Of a stretch of 64,000 nucleotides of DNA, positions 54,700-64,000 are shown piece by piece (the stretch's first letter is position 1; the number at the start of each line of letters is the position of its first letter). The position numbers and the translations under genes were made by a program. Source of the stretch: the human T2T-CHM13v2.0 reference genome, Homo sapiens; the NCBI RefSeq assembly GCF_009914755.1, contig NC_060926.1, one strand, 5' to 3'. The notes below the pieces were generated by a model, which saw only the letters and a list, made by a program, of their open reading frames with translations, searched no databases and was not told where the DNA came from.

Positions 54700-55025
54700 T
54701 GCAGTTGACTAATTTTTACTCATCTTTCAGATCCATTCCCAGGGAAAATTCTTCTGAACTATGTCTATGTATTATACGTCTATTCATTGTTACCATTAGA
54801 CTCTCTCATGAAACTCATTATTTCTTTCTTTATAGCATTTAGCCTAAATAAGTTATATATTGAATTTATGCATTTTTTCCTTGATAGCCTTTCTTTCCCA
54901 CTAGACAAGCTCCATGGAAGCAGGGGTGGCTCTTTGTTTCCTGTTGAATGCCAGCAGCATTCAACGTATTTCACTAGTGGTAATTCAAGGTATTTCACTA
55001 GTAGTAAAAATTCAATAAATGGATG
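54700..55025 (+). mobile_element. L2 3' end (contains a 24-bp tandem duplication at 54959-55006)
   Basis: cccactagacaagctccatggaagcagggg...ttcaataaatggatga. Confidence 0.7.
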
Positions 55026-56574
55026 ACTTAATTAAAAGTAGAAAGATAATGAGTTTATATAACTCACCTATTGTAAATCATGAGCGACCTAGAGAGAGAC
55101 TTTCAGAAGCTATGGAGAGGTGAAGCATTGGGCCCAGGCTGGAGGATTAACACCAACTCAGGAAAGTGAGTAAGTCTCATTGCCTATGGTTTGTGAGACG
55201 AAGAAGTATGGGAGAACTAAAAGGAGTTACGAAAGTGTGCTGTAGACAAACTGCATTTTCTTTCCCTTATTGCCCTCTTACAGCTTTGCATCCTAATTGG
55301 CAGTACAGTTCTATTAAATAGAGTGGGGAAGAAAGAGACATCTTTGATGTTGTTTGTTCTCAAGAAAAGTATTACATAATCACATATGCAAGCATATTAT
55401 TGTTTGCCTCAGTTGTGTATAGATTTAAGAACATGAAACTGTGTGATGTTTCAGGAGTTGTTAATTTAATATGTGCTGTTGGATAGATGAGACTCCTCAT
55501 TCTGAAATCTATATTCACCAGAGACCCTGCTAGGATCCTAATGCGATGCTGTCTATTTCAGGATATCCTGTGGGATTTGTGAAGTCTCTTAATTCATCAG
55601 GTGATAATGTTTATACTTCTAGGACACAAAATGTTGACATAAAAGGGAAGATTTATCAAAGACTGATTCTGAAAAACTGATCTTAATGGTTTGGTGGAAA
55701 TTTATTGTAAGGGATTTTTTTCTTTCAAGTGGTTTAGCACAAACCAAATTTTAGAAATGTACGAAGTCTCAAAGGGCATTTTATGCAATCATTTTGTTTC
55801 ATGGATAAAGAAATAAGGTCTAGGGAGATGAAGTAACAAAATCAGGGCAGAATCAGGATAGGTATCAATATCTCCTGCCTCAAGTTGAGGATTCTTTAAT
55901 TGGACATGACAATTCCTGGGCATTACAATTGAACATTACAAATGGACATCACAATTCATTTCAATAAGGCTAATATTTATTGAAAATGCTCATAAGTGGT
56001 TAATACATTTAATAAATATTTAGGGTATCAATTTATTATGTTTTAGAACTCCATTCTAATTATAAAACTACGTACATCATTAAATATTGATTGAACACCT
56101 ACTATGATAAGGAAACTATGTTGGTTTGGTAATTATGTTATAAATAATAAATTATAAAGTTCTTAGGAATGGTAATTAGGAAGTAAATTTAAAACAAAAT
56201 TAGAGCCTTTAGAAAGTAAACTGAATCCTCAAATTATTTTGACTTTTTAAAATAAATCATGAATGAGATCAATGGAAACGTTTGAAATGTTAATTGTTTG
56301 CAGAAACATCATTCTTGTTTTATTTCCCCACATCATTTCTGCCTCATTTGGGTCATATATCCAGTAAGAACTTGATAAATATTTAATGGTAATGATAATG
56401 TTAAAGTCTGGGGATTCAAAGCTTGAGACAGGGAGAACTACAGACTATTTTTTACAAATACATTGTTATTGTTGGTACATAGGATCCTCCATTATGTATT
56501 CCAGCATGAACATGAAGATGCCCATCACACAGTGGCTAATTCAGGACATACTGTATCACAGCAAAGACGTGCAA

Positions 56575-56612
56575 ACTCACCTTAAGAAAAAAAAAAAGAA
56601 TTAAGCAAGTGA
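56575..56612 (-). other. Candidate recursive splice site (3'ss immediately followed by 5'ss)
   Basis: Minus strand: ctcacttgcttaattctttttttttttcttaag|GTGAGT, i.e. branch-like CTTAAT, U-tract, AG, then a consensus donor. Motif evidence only. Confidence 0.35.
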
Positions 56613-56799
56613 GTTTGTTTTAAACTGAATAGGATATATTTACCAGCTAAAGAGATGTGTCAGTCAGAAGGCTAGACTGCCTTGGGAGCCTGGAACAAAA
56701 GTAGTTTCAGTGAAAATATTGGCAGTGTGCCTCTAAGCACTTTCAAGGTAAGAAGAAGTCTTCACTAATTAATTCAGTTATTCTGATTTTGGGGGGAGC

Positions 56800-57070
56800 A
56801 TTCAGGTTTTGGAGTAATATATAGATGGCAAAGTTTAAATCTTGGCCCTTGGCCCTGCCACTTCTAGTAAAGTCTTGGATGAAGTACTGCATTTATAAGT
56901 TTCATTTTCCTTATCTGTAAGATTAAGCTAATAAAACAGTTTATTGTGAGGATTAAATGAGGTAATATAATAATCTACCTACCACTGAGGACTTATTATG
57001 TGGCTGGCACTATTCTAGGTATTTTGCATAAATACTCTCATTTAATGCCGATGAAAAACCTGTGAGGTAG
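56800..57070. mobile_element. Two MIR fragments, tail to tail (+ then -)
   Basis: tttccttatctgtaag...ttgtgaggattaaatgaggtaatata, then gaggacttattatgtggctggcactattctagg...ctcatttaat...aacctgtgaggtag. Confidence 0.72.
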
Positions 57071-58459
57071 AGTCTACAAAAGTAGGTAAAATAATGATGG
57101 GCAAAATAAGTTTGTACCTGCTCAGCAAGAAATAGAAAACAATAAGCACAACAACAATTTTAAAAAACAGACTCAAAAGTACATTATGAGACCTTTGAGT
57201 CCCCTCTCTTAACCTCCATTCACACTGTCAAACTATATCTTGAGTCACAACAACTGATATAAGTAATAGCATAGCAATAATCAGTAACTATTGCGGTAAT
57301 AATAACATTAGAAATAAAATCAAGCTGTTCTAATCAGATCCACTGCTAACTCAACACATCAGCTGGCTTCTTTGGTTCTGATCCTTGTTTCCTAAGGATG
57401 ATCAAGTCACTAAGTTCGACTTTCCAAATAAATTTATCTCCAGCTAGAGAAATTGCTAATCATGCAGAAACTAGCATTCCAGGCTGCCTGATAATAGGTT
57501 TTATAAATTAACAATTGGCACTCAGGTTTTATATGTCATTAATGATTTCAATTAATTTAAGTTGGCCCAGAGAGATGGAGTCACTCTTGTGAGGCTAGAT
57601 TATGGATAATGAATGCCAAACTATTACGTAATTTGAGAGATTATCAACCAGCTTTCCATTGTAGTTGCTTCGAACCATTTTTTTCCTTCAAATTTCTACA
57701 GTTACAGCATTTGAAACTTCCCTCTCAATTATTTATACCATACTTTTCTTATTTTTATACATCCAACATCTTTAAAACAAATTCCTAATTTATTTTCTTT
57801 TCTAGATAGAAAACTAATTGAGGGCAAAAATGCCCAATTTAATATATTGAACAGACAAAACAATAAAGTGCCTTCCTTTCACTACCCTATTTCCTTTCTT
57901 AACCTGTAATGTTGCAATTAACATCTGGCCTGGATAAATGTACTACTCACAGGTTGGGGAAAAAAGACTCATTACTAAAAATCTCTTAAGAAATAATTTT
58001 TATATAGCATACAAAGCAAAAGTTATTTGGGATTCTGAGAAACTAAGACACAATGAATAACCAAACTTAAAATACAAAAAACAAAAACAAAAACAAAAAA
58101 AAACACCTTTGCATAGCAGTTTATGGTTACATTATCTCATTCAATTTAAGCCACATAATCATAGAAAGTATATTATAGATGATTTGAAATATATATTTTT
58201 TCTTCATTACAATTAAATCTTAAGAAACAAGGAAACAATCACTTTTCAGAGAAGTTCTACTTTTAAAAAGCTCAAGATGTTAACTAGGTTAATAAATCAA
58301 AAGTATTTCTGGCAATATTACATGCTTCCCTAACTCCATTGTTTTTCCAAACTATGGTCTCCAAATGGCATCAGTGTCATCTCAGAATCTGATAAAAACA
58401 CAAACTGCCTGGCCTCATCCTGACCTATGATGTTCTGAAAAGCCAGATTTCTAAAAATA

Positions 58460-58535
58460 AAGACCCTAATTTATAGCATTTGCTGATTTGCATGATGTAA
58501 ATACTCCCAACATGGTCAATTTTGGGCTACCCAGC
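58460..58535 (+). mobile_element. MER63-like (hAT-Blackjack) fragment
   Basis: atttatagcatttgctgatttgcatgatgtaaatactcccaacatggtcaatttt..gctacc matches recalled MER63 consensus. Confidence 0.7.
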
Positions 58536-58554
58536 CTTATTTCCCCAACATAGC

Positions 58555-58818
58555 GTTGCCCAGGCTGGAGTGCAGCGGTGCGATCTCGGCTCACTACAAC
58601 CTCTGCCTCCTGGGTTCAAACAATTCTTGGGCTTCAGTCTCTCAAGTAGCTGTGACTACAGGCAAGTGCTAACACGCCCAGCTAATTTTTGTATTTTTAG
58701 TAGAGATAGGGTTTCACCATATTGCCCAGGATGGTCTCAAACTCCTGACCTCAGGTGATCCGCCTGCCTCGGCCTCCGAAAGTGCTGAGATTATAGGCGT
58801 GAGCCACCGCACCCCGCC
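58555..58818 (-). mobile_element. AluSx lacking its 3' end and poly(A)
   Basis: Starts abruptly at gttgcccaggctgg with no T-tail; ctgacctcaggtgatcc. Confidence 0.93.
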
Positions 58819-60489
58819 GGACTCCCTGTTTTGAGTACTAGAAATGTTGCTAACAACATCATTAAAATGTATTAGCTCAGCTCTGAAACAAGTAAGAGTG
58901 AAGTTCTAATGCTAAAAAAAATGCCACAGCAGTAAACATGAACACCAAATAAAAGTTTACTTTTTAAACTAATTTGAAATAATACAAAATGCAGCATTAT
59001 TATTTCCCTTTGACTTCACTCTGTTTTGATAGTGCATAGCCAGTCTGTAACTGAGTTCTAGGCAGCTGCCCGTCTTTCTTTTCTTCTTGATATGCTTTTT
59101 GAGGAATCTCTACATGATAAAGAAGACTTCTCAGAAATAATTACCTACTTGCCACCTAATGATTCTCTGAAATTTTGAAAGAAGCCTGTATGATTCCCTT
59201 TTAAAAGGCGTTTGTTGTGAGTTTTCAATCACTTGTTAGTTTAGATAAGCCTCAATATTTTCAAGTGACAGCTTCAAAGCTGCATGTTATTTAATTGGCT
59301 GCTTTCAGAGGGCAGCTGTTCATCTGCCAGTCATCTCATGTGAACCAGGATTCACTGTGCACCTCCTTGGGAATTGTTTTAGGAAACGAACTGTGTTTCC
59401 TAATAGGAAATATGCCAAAATTTATGGTAATCTTCAAAATAGGAGAAAAACATCTCAAAGCATTGGGACATAGCTGGTTATATAGAATTTTTAAATATCA
59501 TCTTTCTTTAGAAAACTGAATAATCATATTGACTAAATTCTTGAATAAAAGAATATCTTAGTACTTGTTTTGGGAGATTTAGGCTATGAAATATATTAGC
59601 AAAAATGGGGAAAAAGTAGCAAAAAAAAGTATAACTTAAATGTCTTCATAGAAACTACACTTATTGGACAAGGAGTAAGAAGAGCTATGAAATCTGTTCT
59701 TAGAGATAAAAAAGATTGTTTAATATAACAATACATTGAAAATTATATGTAAAACAGCAAAATATTTTTAGATTAAGTGTTTAAGCCATTGTGCCTGGAA
59801 AAATCATATCAAAATAATTGTTAAAGATAGACTGAATATAATAAAAATATTATTTCTTATAATGACTAATAAATGAGAACATAATAATTCGCCTTTTGTG
59901 TAGAATAACTCTTCTCTTATGAGAGAGCTGTTAATAAATTTGTATAAGGATATGTAAAAACAACTATTTCATTTTTCTCCTATCTGCAACACTGATGCTT
60001 TTTCACATACTCATTATTGTGACAACAGGTTGAATTGGCAATTCACCATCTGTCTAAATAGCATTAACCTTCTTGTAACCTCATAATATCACTGTTACGC
60101 CTTGTCTGATATTTGAATCTCTCTAATATAAGCTAGGAACAAAATATATTTTCCTCTCTACTAGGCACACATCAGTCCATGCCAGAAGACAACGCAAATA
60201 AAGTACCACCCACAGATGGACATTAACATTTAAAATCATTTTCATTAAAATGGATTAAGCAGTTCTAAAAATAATCAGAGAAAATGAACTAACTTGTAAA
60301 TAATCTTAGCCAGAACAGATTTTAATTAATATACAGTATTAATAATTATTATTATAAATGTATACAATTACAAATTTATATTCACAAACATAATATCATT
60401 TATATCTTAAAGAGAAACCTATATAACATGCTAAAAACGTAGGGTTGTCCTCTTCTATTTCTATGATCAAAAATAATCTCCATACTGAT

Positions 60490-61612
60490 AAATATGTTGA
60501 TCCCTTTTAAGTTCTCATCTATTTGACCCATCAACAGCACTGACATAGTTGATCATTCTCTCCTTCTTGAAACATTTGATTTACATTTGATTCAGTCCAG
60601 TTTTCCTCCTACCTTTCAGACAGCTCCTTCTCAGTGTCTTTTGCTGGTTCTTCCTTATCTCTCTATCATCCTAATTTGGACTTCCTAATTTTGAGTATTT
60701 GAACTTTTTCTCTTTTTTATGTAGTCCCTCCCTATGTCACTATATACTGTTTCTAGGTTTTAAGTACCACCTAAATGCCCATGAGTCCTAAATGTGTAGT
60801 TCCTGTTGAACCACTCCCATAAATAGACCCCTATATACAGTTCCCTACTTGACACTTCTGTTTGAGCCTCTAATATGTTATGTGTGCAAATCTGTGCTCC
60901 TAATAATCTCTGCCAAATCAGGCTATGCACTAGTTCTTTCTATATGTTAATAGCAACACCATTCTTCCAGTTATCAGGTCATAACCATTGATCGGTACCA
61001 TACTTGAAAATTCTCTTTCTCTAACATCACATACCTTCTTCTCAAATTTCTCCTAAAAAAAAAAAAATCCAAATGATGACTACTTCTTAAGCACCCATAA
61101 TACTACTACCCTGACACAGGTTACCATATCATCTCTCACCTCAATTATTTGATTACTGGTATTTCTGCCTTAGTTCTACCCTCCTCCCCTATAGCCTAAT
61201 CTTAATACAGAAGCCAAAGATTTTCTATTAAGATGGTGGCCATGATTATCTTTGGTGAGCCTCCAATATGCCAGAAATATTTCTGCCTCAGGGCCTTGGT
61301 TTATACTTGTTTCTTTTGCCTGGGTTATCCTCCAAACAATCACGTTTCTATCTCCCCTACTTTCTTCATGCCTTTTGTCAAGTATTCTCAGTGATGCCAT
61401 TACGGCCAGGCAATCTGATATTATATACACACACACATCCCTGACATTTCATACTCTTTTTTCCTATATGTTTATGGTTTGTCTCCTACCTCAAACATAA
61501 ACTCCAAGAAGGAAGAATGCATTTGTCTGCTGTGTACCCCCAGTATGTCCCTAGCACCTAGAATAGTCCTGGTATAGTAGGCACTTAATAAATATTTATT
61601 GAATGCATGCAT
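60490..61612 (+). mobile_element. L2a, ~1.1 kb to the 3' end
   Basis: tgacccatcaacagcactgacatagttgatcattctctccttcttgaaaca...ctgcctcagggcctt...ctagcacctagaatagt...gtaggcacttaataaatatttattgaatg. Confidence 0.88.
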
Positions 61613-63758
61613 GAGCAGAATTAGACTTATTACTTACTTACATAATATAAATGTTGTTATAAAAATGGCAAAATCTAAATTATAATTAAATATATGTTTT
61701 GACCAATTTTTGGCATGTATTATTTCCATAACTCAAACTTTGTATTTTAATAATTCTTAAGAAATACAGGTTTTTAAACCAAAAAGATGCAAACACGAGT
61801 TAAAAAAACAAAGATGAGCATATAATAGTGGCAAAGTGTAACATTTTGTACTTGCTTTTACATTCTATTCCTTCATATTTCTAAGTACTTTCAAAAGTAC
61901 AGAATAAACACTATAGTCCCAGTGCCTCTGACAGTTTCTGACACATGGTAGGCATTCAATATTTGTTGAATTACATATCTACTTGTACTGGCAACCTATA
62001 AAAAAAATCACTGATAGGAAAATAAGACGTGTGAGGATGAATAAGGGCATCACTTACTTCAACAGAGATGCCCAGGGAAGTGAAGCACATTATAAAAAAG
62101 TTTTCTAAGAGAACAGTACCACACAAAGGAAACAGGCACATACATTGAGTTTAAGGCAAGAAAAATTGACAGGACTTGCTACAAGTGATTGAATATGCTA
62201 TAGGGAATAAAAGGATGAAGAATAGTATTTTTAATGAAAGGATGAGGCTCTTATGAGACATTATTTATTTCATGGATGGTCCATATATTTGAAAAAGTAA
62301 ATAAAATATACCTTGCTACCCACACTGTATAAATGTCTGGGTCTGAAAGGCAGAATAATGTAAAGTTGCTTAATTTTTCACATAGCATCTATTTTTGTCT
62401 AACTAGAAAACACAGACAAGAGGAAACTTCAAAAGCCTCTACGTTCAAGTTGTTCAGCGGCAAGATGAAAGATGTATGATGAAAGAAATATAATGTGCAA
62501 GGTTCTGCCAATAGTTCATCCATGGGTCGCTGCATTGTGTACTATCACCAAGAGACCTGCATGTTTTTAATAAAGAAGATGCCAGCACTCCATGTGGAGC
62601 ACCACATGAAACCCTTCTCATTCCCTTAGTGAGAGACTTCTGTGTCTCTCACTGCTTTTTAGTATTCTAAGTCTACAGTGGTCTCTCCACAATATGGTAT
62701 GTTGACTTCTTTCAACCTAGGAACTTCTATAACTATCAGTGTTCTAATTTGTGCTAAAGTCTTCAGTATGCCCTCTCGTTACATAGAATGAGTGTCCTAT
62801 TCTAGGTATTCAACACCCCTAAAGGATACAGAATTGGAAATATTACACTAGAAGAGTTACTTGTTTATTTCTCTGTCATTAAACTAATTATTTGTTTGAC
62901 TTTGGTACATTAAAGTTTTATATATATCTATATACAAAACATGAATGTATAAATGTAATATTAACAAATCTTATCAGAACAAGCTGCTTATAATTATTTC
63001 TAAATATCATCACTGCCAATATATTGTACTAATTTCCCATTCATCAAAATTCTAGGCTGTTGTTAAATACACATTATGTTACATAAATGCTTTGCTTTAG
63101 GACCATTTTTTCAAACATCATAAGGAGTAACAATTGACTCCATAGTAAAAATTCCAAATTCTTCATCAAAGAGCTTTTCTCATATTTTCCAAACTCCTCA
63201 GCAGGAAACTAAAAACGGGGTCATTCCTACAATAATCCTTTTCATTCAGTCATATTACCATTACAATTGACAAAGAGGCCATATGCATAGGGCAGTCTTG
63301 AAGGCTGAGAGACAGAAGCTAGGAAGCTGTGTAATGTGAACTAAAGCACTACCACCATTAGAAATATAATCAGAAACCATTATTAGTGGCACAAAAGTAA
63401 GTAAGAATGCACCTGCTGACAAGGTATAACTGCTGATGCTTCCCTCAGGGACACAGATGAGGAACAGAAGGGAATTGCCCAACAATGGGTTATAATGAGG
63501 CTCCACGAAGACAGTAGCCTCACCTGTTACATTCTCCTGTGTAACTCCAGCGCTAGCACAGAGCCTAGTGCTGAGTAAGCATGCAATCAATCTTTGATGA
63601 GTTCTGGAATGAATAAGCAAACACACTCATCATTCCTCCTCATACTCAATATTCCTCCCTTTTATTAAGTGCTAGGTTCTGGGCCAGTTGCCTTTTATAC
63701 TTAAACTCCCTTTTTATAGATGTGCTGCCCATTTTAGAGATGAGAAAACTGTGACTCA

Positions 63759-64000
63759 GGCCGGGTGCCGTGGCTCACGCTTGTAATCCCAGCACTTTGG
63801 GAGGCTGAGGCAGGTGGATCACGAGGTCAGGAGATCGAGACCATCCTGGACAACATGGTGAAACCCCATCTCTACTAAAATACAAAAAATTAGCTGGGTG
63901 TGGTGGTGTGTGCCTGTCGTTCCAGCTACTCGAGAGGCTGAGGCAGGGGAATTGTTTGAACCCAGGAGAAGGAGGTTGCAGTGAGCCGAGATAGCGCCAC
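63759..64000 (+). mobile_element. AluSc-like (cut by window end)
   Basis: ggccgggtgccgtggctcacg...ggatcacgaggtcaggagatcgagaccatcctgg. Confidence 0.95.

Overview
This is AT-rich primate DNA, almost certainly human, and it is non-coding. It is either a long intron or a gene desert; the locus cannot be named from sequence alone. I recognise no protein-coding exon, structural RNA gene, CpG island or CRISPR array, and the supplied ORFs are Alu/L1/LTR-derived or chance frames. Much of the window is fossil interspersed repeat: Alu dimers and monomers, L1PA 3' ends, a ~3 kb old L1M 5' fragment, L1ME, many L2 and MIR pieces, MaLR/ERVL LTRs (THE1, MSTA, MSTC, MLT1, MLT2, LTR16-like) and DNA transposons (MER1B x2, MER5A, MER63, MADE1). 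Repeats were identified by recalled consensus, so subfamily calls and the boundaries of old elements are approximate. The signals most worth follow-up are: (1) a cluster of templated-insertion/DNA-repair scars, chiefly a composite insert at 36.75-37.46 kb copied from 43.0-43.7 kb, and a perfect 43-bp inverted copy at 39373-39415/44702-44744; (2) two minus-strand 3'ss+5'ss junctions (AG|GTRAGT) at 56581 and 53193 that resemble recursive-splicing sites, together with a plus-strand bias of LTRs/L1s that suggests a minus-strand host transcript; (3) an old ~135-bp palindrome, a MADE1 (miR-548-type) hairpin with extended arms, and several enhancer/CTCF-like unique segments. None of this demonstrates a new biological system; these are testable candidates.
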